Shown here: positions 25,426 through 34,471 of the stretch, piece after piece | How positions within the stretch are numbered: position 1 is the stretch's first letter | Layout of the letters: each line of letters begins with the position of its first letter | IMG/VR virus record: IMGVR_UViG_3300019874_000013 | Coordinates: 1 to 39,367 of that record | Source: a virus | Taxonomy: Duplodnaviria > Caudoviricetes | Reading direction: 5' to 3' (one strand) | DNA length: 39,367 bases | Notes under the pieces: generated by a model | Told to the model about the DNA's origin: nothing | Seen by the model: only the letters and a program-made list of their open reading frames with translations | The model's database searches: none | Position numbers and translations under genes: made by a program

Positions 25426-27165
25426 ATGGGCACAAGAATTCAAAAAGTATCTACGATCGGCAGCGGAAATGTAAATGTTTTCCCAGTGCCAATTGTAGCA
25501 CAAAGACCTCCTGCATCAACAGATGTCGATTATCCACTAGGTCAAATCTGGATTAATACTTCGGTTAGCCCTGGAGTATCTTATGAATTCTTGGATTCAG
25601 CTTTAGGTACTTGGTCTACAGGTGGAAATTCTGAGGCTACCACATCCTCATTCGGTATTGTTCAATTAGCAACTCTAGCAGAATTACAAGGTGGCACCGC
25701 ACCCGCTGGTGCTTATGTACCTACCGCAAACGATGTAGCTACAGTGATTGCCGGTGTTGTCGTTGGTGCTGTCCCTCCGGCTACCGTTGCTCAACAGGGC
25801 ATTGTTGAGCTCGCTACGAATGCGGAAGTAGTTTCGCCTTGGACATCAACTATCCCTAATACGGCAATTACACCAGCCAATATTCAAACCATGTTCGCGG
25901 CTCCTCCTCCTATTGGGGGAACAACTCCCGCAGCAGGTGCCTTTACTACGCTTGCCGCTTCTAGTACTTTAAGCGTTGTAGGCGCATCAACTATCGCCGC
26001 GTTAAGTGCTACATCAGGAGCTTTTAGTACAACGCTGGCGGTTACCGGCACTTCAACATTAGCCGCAGTTGGTGCAACAAACGGTACCTTCTCAGGAACA
26101 TTAGGCGTCACGGGCACTTCAACTATTGGCGTTCTTAGTGCAACTAATGGAACTTTCTCGGGTACATTAGGAGTTACAGGCACTTCGACATTAGGAGTAA
26201 TCGCGAGCGGTAACACAACTATCACAGGTACACTTGGCGTTTCGGGTCTTTCTTCCCTAGCCTCTGCAACATTCAGCTCAACAATCGTCGTTACAGGCCT
26301 ATCAACTCTAGCCGCTCTAACTCAAGTCGGCATAGCTAATATTAATGCTTCCGGTGCAGGAGTTACAACTATAGGAACGGGCGGAACTGGCGCTGTAAAT
26401 ATTGGTAACGCAACGGGTAATACTGCATTAACGGGTGCTTTAACAATCTCAACAACTTTGGGTGTTACCGGATTAACTACTCTCGCAGCTCATACCGCTG
26501 TAGGTACGGTTTTAATGAACGCTAGCGGTGCTGCAGCAACTACGATTGCCACTGGTGGTACTGGAACTTTAGCGTTAGGTAACGCAACGGGCAACACAGT
26601 TTTGACAGGTGCTTTGACAATTTCGACAACTTTAGGCGTGACAGGTCTAACCACATTAGCGGCTTTAACCGCCGTAGGAACTGTTAATATTAACGCCACG
26701 GGTGCAGGAGTAACGACTATCGGTACAGGTGGAACCGGAGCCGTTGCTATTGGTAATGCTACGGGCAACACCGCTGTTACTGGTTCTCTTACAGCATCGA
26801 CATCTCTAACCGCTACTCTGGGAAATATTACTGCCACAAACGGTAACTTAGTTCTTACCGCGGCCGGCAATAAAATGATTAGAACAAGCGTAGCGACCAC
26901 AATAACGGCTGGCGCGAACTCTACAGGTACCGTAACTCTAGTCGGCGGAACTGCAACCATCAGCACCACAGCTATCGCAACAGGATCACAAGTAAGAATT
27001 TGGAGACAAAGCGTAGGAGCAACGGGAGCGGCTGCACTTGGTGAATTGAGCGTGGGAACCATTAGCAACGGCGTATCTTTTGTTATCAATGCATGGCAAC
27101 AAGCAAACGCAACAGCTCTACAAGCTTCCGATGTTTCTGTCATTGGATGGGATATCGTCAACTAA
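25426..27165 (+). CDS. Tail fibre / spike protein with Gly-Thr-Ala repeats
   Basis: GIVQLAT/GIVELAT motifs; 22-aa repeats (TLGVTGTSTL) and about 60-aa repeats (IGTGGTGAVNIGNATGNT). Confidence 0.8.
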   Translation: MGTRIQKVSTIGSGNVNVFPVPIVAQRPPASTDVDYPLGQIWINTSVSPGVSYEFLDSALGTWSTGGNSEATTSSFGIVQLATLAELQGGTAPAGAYVPTANDVATVIAGVVVGAVPPATVAQQGIVELATNAEVVSPWTSTIPNTAITPANIQTMFAAPPPIGGTTPAAGAFTTLAASSTLSVVGASTIAALSATSGAFSTTLAVTGTSTLAAVGATNGTFSGTLGVTGTSTIGVLSATNGTFSGTLGVTGTSTLGVIASGNTTITGTLGVSGLSSLASATFSSTIVVTGLSTLAALTQVGIANINASGAGVTTIGTGGTGAVNIGNATGNTALTGALTISTTLGVTGLTTLAAHTAVGTVLMNASGAAATTIATGGTGTLALGNATGNTVLTGALTISTTLGVTGLTTLAALTAVGTVNINATGAGVTTIGTGGTGAVAIGNATGNTAVTGSLTASTSLTATLGNITATNGNLVLTAAGNKMIRTSVATTITAGANSTGTVTLVGGTATISTTAIATGSQVRIWRQSVGATGAAALGELSVGTISNGVSFVINAWQQANATALQASDVSVIGWDIVN

Positions 27166-27223
27166 ATAGAGTTGAAAAAATAATTATTGGGGTATATTCC
27201 TTTAGGAAAACCCCAGGAGAAAC

Positions 27224-27421
27224 ATGTTTAAAAATATTGCTTGCCTAAAGTTCATCGTTAACGGCAAAGAACATCTTTATTTTGTAGAGAACGAAACTAC
27301 TACCGCAGAGGTAAAAGAGTTCGCTTATCAGCTAATTAAGTATATCGGCCAGATTGATGATGCGCAAAAGGCTAAAGAATGTGCGCAAGAAACACCACCA
27401 GAAGAACCTAAACCAGAATAG
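27224..27421 (+). CDS. Hypothetical protein
   Basis: AGGAG RBS. Confidence 0.6.
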   Translation: MFKNIACLKFIVNGKEHLYFVENETTTAEVKEFAYQLIKYIGQIDDAQKAKECAQETPPEEPKPE

Positions 27422-27430
27422 TGAGGTAAA

Positions 27431-27763
27431 ATGTCCTATACAAATCGAATAGCTTGGGAAAATCTCAGAAGTATTAACTCAGCGACATTTACAGGTTCTA
27501 AGCAGGCTCTAGGTACCCCCCTAGAGTTTCCATCTTATATTTGTAAACTCGTAAATAATAGCACGTCTCTTATTACGATTTCTGTAGATGGTGTTAACGA
27601 TGTCGATGTTGCTCCAGCCAATTCATTTTGGCTCTATGATGAGGGCAAAGTGAATTTATCTTCCGCTGTTCCTGCTGTTCCTAAAGGAACCCAATTTTAT
27701 GTTACTGGGAGCGCGGGAACAGGGTCAGTGTATCTTGTATCTCAATATATTCGACAAGGGTAG
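27431..27763 (+). CDS. Small beta-rich structural protein
   Basis: GAGGT RBS. Confidence 0.65.
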   Translation: MSYTNRIAWENLRSINSATFTGSKQALGTPLEFPSYICKLVNNSTSLITISVDGVNDVDVAPANSFWLYDEGKVNLSSAVPAVPKGTQFYVTGSAGTGSVYLVSQYIRQG

Positions 27764-27770
27764 GTATATT

Positions 27771-28346
27771 TTGTCCCAAGCAGGCATGAACAATACATCA
27801 GGAGGCCCATCGCCCCCTCAAGTCCCTACTTCATTTGTCACCCAAGACGGCATAGCCGTCCCAGCGTTAAATATCCTCATCGTCAATGCATATGATACCT
27901 CGCAAAACAACGATAATGGAATAGAGACAAAAGGGGGTGTAGCTGGGGGAAATCCTCCAGGTACTGGCGCAACTAATGAAACGGATATCTATCTTACCAA
28001 TCGTGTAACAGGTGCAGTAACTACAGCCGATGCAACATTAACGACAATTATTACACTTCCTATGGGGGCTGCTCCAGCTACCTATATGGTATTTGGGAAC
28101 GTCCAAGCATTTAATGCTTCGACTCCAGCAGGTGCATCTTACGGCTTCTCGGGAGCCTTTAGAACTACTGGAGCCGCTGCGGTTGAAATAGCCACTGAGT
28201 ATCATGATGAATTTGAAGAGGCTGCCTTTATTACGGCAGATATCTTTCTGTCGGCAAGCGGGAATAACATACTCTTGCAGGTACAAGGTGTCGCCGCCAC
28301 GTCTATAAATTGGAATTCACTTTTAGAATATAGGATGGTGACATAA
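27771..28346 (+). CDS. Structural/tail protein (likely TTG start at 27771)
   Basis: AGGT RBS; Thr/Gly/Ala-rich. Confidence 0.65.
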   Translation: MSQAGMNNTSGGPSPPQVPTSFVTQDGIAVPALNILIVNAYDTSQNNDNGIETKGGVAGGNPPGTGATNETDIYLTNRVTGAVTTADATLTTIITLPMGAAPATYMVFGNVQAFNASTPAGASYGFSGAFRTTGAAAVEIATEYHDEFEEAAFITADIFLSASGNNILLQVQGVAATSINWNSLLEYRMVT

Positions 28347-29602
28347 TGGGCTTTAGTTTCGTAACGGGTCTTGAGTCTATTGTTCACGCCGATAACGCTT
28401 CCTTCGATGGAACATCTCGCGGTGGAGCTATGACCACAAATGCTCAACTTTGGATTGGTTCTACGGCTGCAAGACATGTTAAAGTAGGAACCCTCACCTC
28501 TCCCGACTCTAGCATCACCTTTGGCTATTCTTCTCCCAATATCACCGCTATGGTCAATCGGGCTGTAGTAGATCACTATATGCCGAACTACATCGTAGAT
28601 GGTGCTGCAAAAGCTGGGTATATGTATACCACAATCGGAGCGGCCATTACCCAGGCTGTGGCAGATGGCTTTGGCCCTACCAACCCTTGCATTATCGGCG
28701 TTAGACCAGTGGGATTGTTATCGGGAGGATATGCTGAAAATGTCGTTGTGCCCTCAATGCTAGGGGTTCAATTCATAGGCTATGGCAATGCAGATGATAA
28801 CAATGCAAGCGTTTACCTTAACGGAACATTTACCGCCCAAGCCTCTTCTACTTGCTACGTGGATAACTTCAATTTCTCTAGCACTGTAGCCATGTCGGCT
28901 AATCTATGGCAGTTTGATAACTGCACCTTTCAAGGAGCGGTAACGGGCGTTACAGGCAAATATAACTACTGCAACTTTACTAGCACCGTTCAAGACGGGA
29001 TTTTTATAGGATGTTCGGGAATAGACGTAACGCTTACCAATAGCCTAAGCCAGTTCTATGATTGCATTAATCCAAGCATTAACGTAAATGCTTTTTCCTT
29101 CACCATCGCTTCGGGATGCGCAAATGTAACCGTTACAGGCACTAGCGCTCTGCAAAGCTTTCTATTCAACTCTAGCATCGTTTCTATCGCATCAACAGCT
29201 ACCGTAAACGTACAGGGCATTGGCGCTCAGTCTAGGGGGAACACCTCGATATCAGCCGTTACAACGCCTAACTGGAGCGTATTGCAGAATCTCCAAGGCA
29301 ACATCCTCACGGCTAGAAGGGTGGCAGCAGACACTACCCTTACACGCTACGATCAATATATCGGCGTAGTAGGAAACGTAGGCGCGGTAAACATCACTCT
29401 ACCCAATACCGGATCGGCAGCCGCTAAGGGTTACAATAACCAGGTCTGGAAAATCGTTGATGAGGCTGGCACAGCCAACACGTTAAACATCACATTGACG
29501 ACTAATGGGGGTACTATTAACGGAGCAGCAACATTCGTTATCAACTTATCTTATGGCGCTGTAGAGGTAATTTCCGATGGCACTAACTATTACGTAATTT
29601 AG
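28346..29602 (+). CDS. Tail spike-like protein (beta-helix-like central region)
   Basis: YTTIGAAITQA...GGYAENVVV followed by Cys/Asn-spaced strands. Confidence 0.65.
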   Translation: MGFSFVTGLESIVHADNASFDGTSRGGAMTTNAQLWIGSTAARHVKVGTLTSPDSSITFGYSSPNITAMVNRAVVDHYMPNYIVDGAAKAGYMYTTIGAAITQAVADGFGPTNPCIIGVRPVGLLSGGYAENVVVPSMLGVQFIGYGNADDNNASVYLNGTFTAQASSTCYVDNFNFSSTVAMSANLWQFDNCTFQGAVTGVTGKYNYCNFTSTVQDGIFIGCSGIDVTLTNSLSQFYDCINPSINVNAFSFTIASGCANVTVTGTSALQSFLFNSSIVSIASTATVNVQGIGAQSRGNTSISAVTTPNWSVLQNLQGNILTARRVAADTTLTRYDQYIGVVGNVGAVNITLPNTGSAAAKGYNNQVWKIVDEAGTANTLNITLTTNGGTINGAATFVINLSYGAVEVISDGTNYYVI

Positions 29603-29609
29603 GAGTCCT

Positions 29610-30563
29610 ATGTCAAACAGACCACAATTGCTTTTGCCTATTTATGGCGGTACTGGACTCGCTACATATGCTATTGGCGACCTTATTTACGCTTCATCTA
29701 CCTCAGCCCTTACAAGGCTTGCGGTAGGCTCAAACACACAGATCCTAACCTTAGCTGGTGGAGTTCCTACATGGGCCGCTCCTGCCACGGCTGGAACTGT
29801 AACAAGCGTAACGGGCACAACGAATCGCATCACTTCCAGCGGAGGTGCAACCCCAGCTATAGACATATCTGCATCTTACGTTGGGCAGTCATCAATCACA
29901 ACACTCGGCACAATTTCAACGGGCGTTTGGTCGGGAACTGTTATATTAGTCGCTAAAGGAGGCACAGGCGTTGCAACCATCACAGGCCTTGTCTCGGGAA
30001 ATGGCACAGCTAACATGGTTGGAAGAACGATTACTGGAACAGCTAATCAAATTGCTGTAACAAATGGTAGCGGAGCTACTGCAAACCCTACACTAGCCTT
30101 TTCACCTATCATGGTGAACTCTACGCAGCCTTGTTTTTTTGCTAGGCAGTCGGGCACTGTAGCGAATGTGAGTGGTGACTCTACCGCCTACACATGCGTT
30201 TATGATGTATCTGTATACGATAATGGCTCTAATTACAACGCGACTACAGGGGTTTTCACGGCACCTGTTACAGGCAGATACCAATTCAATTGCTGCGTAA
30301 CCCTAGAACAGTTGGGTATTGCGCATACCACGACTACGCTTTCCTTTAGCAATATCGGAGTAGCTACATATACACAGCGATGTGGCGCTTTATTCCCAAT
30401 AGTGGGAGGAGATGGACTTGTTTCCATTACAGGGCAGATCATCATAGACTTGACAGCTGCTCAGACTTTCTCTACGATCCTTACCATATCAGGTGGCACG
30501 AAAACCGTAGACTTCTACGGGCAGAACGTAAGTTCATGGTTTAATGGTACCCTAGTTTGCTAA
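29610..30563 (+). CDS. Tail fibre with C1q-like C-terminal domain
   Basis: GGTG repeats; YDNGSNYNATTGVFTAPVTGRYQF...WFNGTLV. Confidence 0.8.
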   Translation: MSNRPQLLLPIYGGTGLATYAIGDLIYASSTSALTRLAVGSNTQILTLAGGVPTWAAPATAGTVTSVTGTTNRITSSGGATPAIDISASYVGQSSITTLGTISTGVWSGTVILVAKGGTGVATITGLVSGNGTANMVGRTITGTANQIAVTNGSGATANPTLAFSPIMVNSTQPCFFARQSGTVANVSGDSTAYTCVYDVSVYDNGSNYNATTGVFTAPVTGRYQFNCCVTLEQLGIAHTTTTLSFSNIGVATYTQRCGALFPIVGGDGLVSITGQIIIDLTAAQTFSTILTISGGTKTVDFYGQNVSSWFNGTLVC

Positions 30564-30856
30564 AAGAGGAGTAAACCCGCTTTACATGATGAATTCAGAC
30601 GACGCTAGAATAATCCACACGATGATTAGGGAGAAATACCCTCCTCAAATCCTTCCCGCTAAAGTCTTGGCGGATATGATAGATGTTTTATTAAATCATT
30701 TTGCAGAACAGGAGGAGTTATCAAATGTCCATAGGCCCCGTCAGTCCTCCAGTATACCCAGTCCCTCCACCCTCTCCTGAAACGAAGCCTATTGATAAGC
30801 CTCCACCTAAGAACCCTGATGGTGGGCTTGGCTATGTATGGTAGATGTCATTCCGC

Positions 30857-30886
30857 TTTACATTGCACGTTTTCCTAACGTATAAT
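30857..30886 (+). promoter_or_regulatory. Sigma70-type promoter TTTACA-N18-TATAAT
   Basis: Upstream of the gene at 30915; the -35 lies inside a repeated palindrome. Confidence 0.5.
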
Positions 30887-30914
30887 CCCACCTTTTTACA
30901 CGATTTGGTAACCA

Positions 30915-31148
30915 ATGCAAGCACCTGTTTTCTTTGCTAGACTAGCCCCAAAACAACCCCAGCTTTTTGAAAAAGATCTTAGGCATACCAATGCTCCTTG
31001 GGTGATGCCTACTGGCTATCACATGGTTAGGATCTATGTTCCTAAGAAAGATAGTTATGTCCCAGAGGATGGATACTATGACCGTAACTTAGGAAGCTGG
31101 ATTAAGGCTAACGGTGTTGCCGTTAAAATATTAGGATGGGAAGAGTGA
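30915..31148 (+). CDS. Hypothetical protein
   Basis: ORF downstream of the predicted promoter. Confidence 0.55.
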   Translation: MQAPVFFARLAPKQPQLFEKDLRHTNAPWVMPTGYHMVRIYVPKKDSYVPEDGYYDRNLGSWIKANGVAVKILGWEE

Positions 31149-31333
31149 AAGTAGAAATTATGTGGAGTGCAGAACACTCAACTGTTATCAAGCATATTCA
31201 AAAAGATAACGATATCTGGAAAGCAATAGAAAAGGGAGAAGCTTTTGATACGGTTCAGGTTTTTAAAAGTGCAGGCTTTATGGTGGATCTAAGGAAATCC
31301 ATAATGATAAAATGGACGGAAGATGAAGAATGA
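31136..31333 (+). CDS. Hypothetical protein
   Basis: Overlaps the upstream gene. Confidence 0.55.
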   Translation: MGRVKVEIMWSAEHSTVIKHIQKDNDIWKAIEKGEAFDTVQVFKSAGFMVDLRKSIMIKWTEDEE

Positions 31334-31404
31334 AGGGAGCATCGGACGGCCCGAAATTACTCTTACAAAGTGATGACCTCAGCGTTCGACTCGCTGGCGC
31401 CCTA
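31334..31404 (+). tRNA. Atypical or degenerate tRNA-Val(TAC)-like element
   Basis: T arm CAGCG-TTCGACT-CGCTG; anticodon arm TTACT-CTTACAA-AGTGA; acceptor AGGGAGC/GCGCCCT with one mismatch; short D arm; no CCA. Confidence 0.55.
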
Positions 31405-31474
31405 ATTTTGACGACCCTTAATAGGAGTTCTTATTAACTACTTCGGACTTACAGCTAATCTGATAGATGCCGGA

Positions 31475-31690
31475 ATGTTGTGTTTCGGTAAATGCGGGAA
31501 ATTCCTCAATGCAAGAGGTAACCGATATTGTTTTATCATAGACATATGCTGCCTAACCTATTGGGCGTATATGGATTTTGAGCGCGGCCTTTACTCGCAG
31601 GGAATATCATGCTTCGTAAGCATGTCTATTGCATGCTATGGGTTTTATAACTGGGGCAAGAAACATCCTAAATCTCCAGATTTGCCATAA
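31475..31690 (+). CDS. Small membrane protein, PnuC-like C-terminus
   Basis: GLYSQG...IACYGFYNWGKK; the start may lie further upstream. Confidence 0.5.
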   Translation: MLCFGKCGKFLNARGNRYCFIIDICCLTYWAYMDFERGLYSQGISCFVSMSIACYGFYNWGKKHPKSPDLP

Positions 31691-31935
31691 ATCCTAATTC
31701 CTTCTATCGTCGGTATTTAAGCTAGGAGTAACATGAGTGCAGAATCAGCCTTCGCCTTCGGTATCTACATCGGCTCGGCTATGGGCTTCCTGCTCCATTA
31801 CTACCTAACGAAGATGAAAGACTCATAAATTGACCTGTTCTATGAGGGGTGAGAAAGAACAGTAAGTGGGTGCCATTCCAAGGCCTTGGAGTCAGCTTCG
31901 ACGGCCCCGTAGAGCTAATCCCCTCACTTTATAAT

Positions 31936-32295
31936 TTATAAAACCTTCGTGATCTTCTCTACCTCTTCATCCGGCAATTCTTGTAAAACAACCTGATTAT
32001 GTAAGGGGCTGCAAGTTCCAAAAACCATACAATCCGTGCATATATCCGTAGGCGTTTCTTCTCCAGTTATACGATTCCAGACAACCATTCCGTGATTCTT
32101 TTGGCATTTTTTACATTGGCTTACCGCTTCCGGCTTTATACCAGGTAAGTTCGTACAACAATGCATACACTTTCGGCGCACTTCGGAAGACCAAGAGTTA
32201 GTATCCATTATAACGGTTTTCTTTTCACATAGCTCACAAATTAAGGGATCAACGTCAAGCGGGTTTACATCGTTCATCTCGGTTTCTCCGGCCAC
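31936..32295 (-). CDS. Multi-CxxC zinc-binding protein
   Basis: CELC, CMHC, CKKC, CTDC; likely ATG at 32277. Confidence 0.6.
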   Translation of the reverse strand: MAGETEMNDVNPLDVDPLICELCEKKTVIMDTNSWSSEVRRKCMHCCTNLPGIKPEAVSQCKKCQKNHGMVVWNRITGEETPTDICTDCMVFGTCSPLHNQVVLQELPDEEVEKITKVL

Positions 32296-32386
32296 TGAGG
32301 GCCATTTGGGCCTTTCGGCGGTTTAGGTGGGTAGTCGTCGGGAACTGAGGGGAAGCTCGCGAATAGAGCTAGGAAGAGGAGTAGGG

Positions 32387-32689
32387 TCATCCTTCCCCCC
32401 TCGTAAAATCCAACCTATACTCAGTCCCCATCCTATCTAAACACCTCAACAAAAACTCCAAGGTAAACTCCTTTAGCCTTCCATTCTTTATTAGCGAAAC
32501 CTTCGATTGGTGCACCTTTAGTATCTTGGCAAACTCAATCTGTACCATGCCGCTTTCCTTGAAAGCTTGGGTAATCCTGTTGGCAGCTTGCACCTTCAGG
32601 AGATGAAGTCCGTCATTCATTCTCTCCTCCATAAACGGCCCGAAGCATAACCGACAAAAAGACCTAGAATACTCATAGATACCCAACAA
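32387..32689 (-). CDS. XRE-family HTH protein (HigA-like; real start probably about 32620)
   Basis: QIEFAKILKVHQSKVSLIKNGRLKEFTLEFL. Confidence 0.8.
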   Translation of the reverse strand: MLGIYEYSRSFCRLCFGPFMEERMNDGLHLLKVQAANRITQAFKESGMVQIEFAKILKVHQSKVSLIKNGRLKEFTLEFLLRCLDRMGTEYRLDFTRGEG

Positions 32690-32756
32690 TATTCATTGCG
32701 AACCAAGGCACAGCTTAGAAAATAAGAAATTAGAAGAAGTATAGTCATTATTTTAT

Positions 32757-32942
32757 TCATTCTTCCTCGTCCTTTTCCCACTCCAACAACCCATCGTAAA
32801 TCTCCATATTTCTATGAAATATTTTCTCAAAGGTTTCGTGATCTACGTTTTCTTTAATAGCCTGAACTAACCCTTTGTATCCCGCATCAAGCCAAAACAC
32901 TTCACTTTCGAGCCTGATTATTCTAAGGTCTTTCTCATCCAT
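32757..32942 (-). CDS. Hypothetical protein
   Basis: Overlaps the upstream gene. Confidence 0.55.
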   Translation of the reverse strand: MDEKDLRIIRLESEVFWLDAGYKGLVQAIKENVDHETFEKIFHRNMEIYDGLLEWEKDEEE

Positions 32943-33150
32943 TTTCTTCTGCTTCTTTTTTTAATTTGTTCCGTAGTTCATAAAATTCACGCTCTCTCTC
33001 AAGAACATTTAAAAGAAGGAGCCAGCCTGTGCAAATTTCTGATGGGCCATTTCCATACCATTGTTCAAAAGAAAGCCCAGATTGAATAAAATCAGCCGCA
33101 GAAAACAATCCTTGCTTGTAACCTTTCTCCCACATATCCATTATTACCAC
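32935..33150 (-). CDS. Hypothetical protein
   Basis: Start region is supplied by the duplicated 48-bp segment. Confidence 0.55.
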   Translation of the reverse strand: MVIMDMWEKGYKQGLFSAADFIQSGLSFEQWYGNGPSEICTGWLLLLNVLEREREFYELRNKLKKEAEENG

Positions 33151-33386
33151 CTATGCTCGTTAATGTGATTCGCGTAAGCCTGGGCAACCGAATTATTCTT
33201 TACCATTTCCTTGACCACCATTGAATTAGATCATTTCCCCAAATAAGTAAAATCACCCCTAAATAACACTCCCATCCTAAAAAGTAAAAAGAAAGAGCAA
33301 GCATAAAAATAGGTAACAAGTATTGCATTTTAGAAGTCATTACCACCTGTTCTCGTTAATGTGATTCGCATAAGCCTGGGCAACCG
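33143..33386. repeat. 48-bp imperfect direct repeat (33143-33190 and 33339-33386)
   Basis: 45 of 48 positions identical; the copies flank a small gene. Confidence 0.9.
33200..33340 (-). CDS. Small membrane protein (46 aa, not in the track)
   Basis: MTSKMQYLLPIFMLALSFYFLGWECYLGVILLIWGNDLIQWWSRKW; TAATG coupling. Confidence 0.55.
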   Translation of the reverse strand: MTSKMQYLLPIFMLALSFYFLGWECYLGVILLIWGNDLIQWWSRKW

Positions 33387-33945
33387 CCGCATGCCATTTG
33401 TACATATTGGCCTCGTAAACCATGTCATTCCATTCCTGTATCACGTTAAGCCCATATTGATGCGCTACAGCGATAAATACAGCCACTATAGCAACGGCAT
33501 TGCAAGAAAGGGTTGCAGCCCCAGCAAATGCCGAAGTGAAGGCAAGCTTCGCTTTGTCGGTGTCGCTGATTTTAGGAAGATACCAGCACATGTCATGCAG
33601 CTTATCTTGATGCTGCCCAGCTTTCTCGGCGTGGTGATGCAATCCAGCGTAGGCCGCTTTCTGGTTAGTGCGCTTTATCAAGTCGATAGCGTAAGAAGAT
33701 GGCAACCCCTCATCGGTAACATGGTTATGTGGAACTTTAGGTGGTATGAACTTAACCTCGGTCTGTCGCCAGCAAGGTAACTCCTCCGGTTCGTATTCAT
33801 AACATGCGACCTTGGCCGTGTAAAGGGTGCCTAGAATGATGCAAAACCAAAAGAAGTAAGTAGGGATAGACTTGAGCTTGTCATAGACTTTATCGAATAG
33901 GCAAACGGTTCCTATGACGATGGCAACTAGGGATATTTCATTCAC
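33340..33945 (-). CDS. Membrane protein (likely GTG start at 33945)
   Basis: AAGGAG RBS; two N-terminal and one later hydrophobic segment. Confidence 0.65.
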   Translation of the reverse strand: MNEISLVAIVIGTVCLFDKVYDKLKSIPTYFFWFCIILGTLYTAKVACYEYEPEELPCWRQTEVKFIPPKVPHNHVTDEGLPSSYAIDLIKRTNQKAAYAGLHHHAEKAGQHQDKLHDMCWYLPKISDTDKAKLAFTSAFAGAATLSCNAVAIVAVFIAVAHQYGLNVIQEWNDMVYEANMYKWHAAVAQAYANHINENRW

Positions 33946-34175
33946 AACAATTCTCCTTGTTCGGGCTGTATCCGTTGGTATTGGCATATCAATCTTACCA
34001 GGCTTTCAAACTCAGACTTCAACGACGATAAATCCTTTTCTAGCTGTCCATGCTTCGCGTAGATAGACCGCCTCACCTTGTTTTGTTGCTCACGCATCTC
34101 TTTGATCTCTCGGGCGTTACGTTCTTCTGGACGTTCTGGGATAAGTTCAAGTTGTATACAATTATATTTTTGCAT
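33942..34175 (-). CDS. Coiled-coil hypothetical protein
   Basis: ORF coupled to the next gene. Confidence 0.6.
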   Translation of the reverse strand: MQKYNCIQLELIPERPEERNAREIKEMREQQNKVRRSIYAKHGQLEKDLSSLKSEFESLVRLICQYQRIQPEQGELL

Positions 34176-34212
34176 ATGTTGAGTCTGTGTTAATTTTTCA
34201 TGGTTTCACTCT

Positions 34213-34245
34213 GGCGCCGAAAGTCTATCCTCTCGGCGCCTTTTT
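34213..34245 (+). terminator. Rho-independent terminator-like hairpin
   Basis: GGCGCCGA...TCGGCGCC followed by TTTTT. Confidence 0.5.
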
Positions 34246-34246
34246 C

Positions 34247-34471
34247 TTACTTCTGGGCTTCCATAACTAGCTTTACGCAAGCTTCGATAGCATCCGCCTT
34301 TTCTCGATACCAGCCTTTAAAATCCTCTTGCTCAATCTTTTCTTGATCCTGATTGGCAACGAAAATTATATATCCAATATTAGCATCTAAAACCGCATAT
34401 CCAAGGTTTCCGATTTCTCGGGTATAGACATATATAGATTTCTTTGGTTCTAATATATTTGATAAATTCAT
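34247..34471 (-). CDS. Hypothetical protein
   Basis: ATGA coupling to the YqaJ gene. Confidence 0.6.
   Translation of the reverse strand: MNLSNILEPKKSIYVYTREIGNLGYAVLDANIGYIIFVANQDQEKIEQEDFKGWYREKADAIEACVKLVMEAQK

Noticed and set aside
25884-27161. Long minus-strand ORFs and a possible CRISPR or tandem array
   Set aside because: They are antisense shadows of the repetitive fibre gene; the repeats are protein-level with no spacer structure.
30586-30780. 64-aa ORF as a confident gene
   Set aside because: Its start overlaps the palindromic motif and its tail looks low-complexity; it is possible but unsupported.
33143-33386. DGR template/variable repeat pair
   Set aside because: There is no reverse transcriptase and only three mismatches, which are not adenine-specific.
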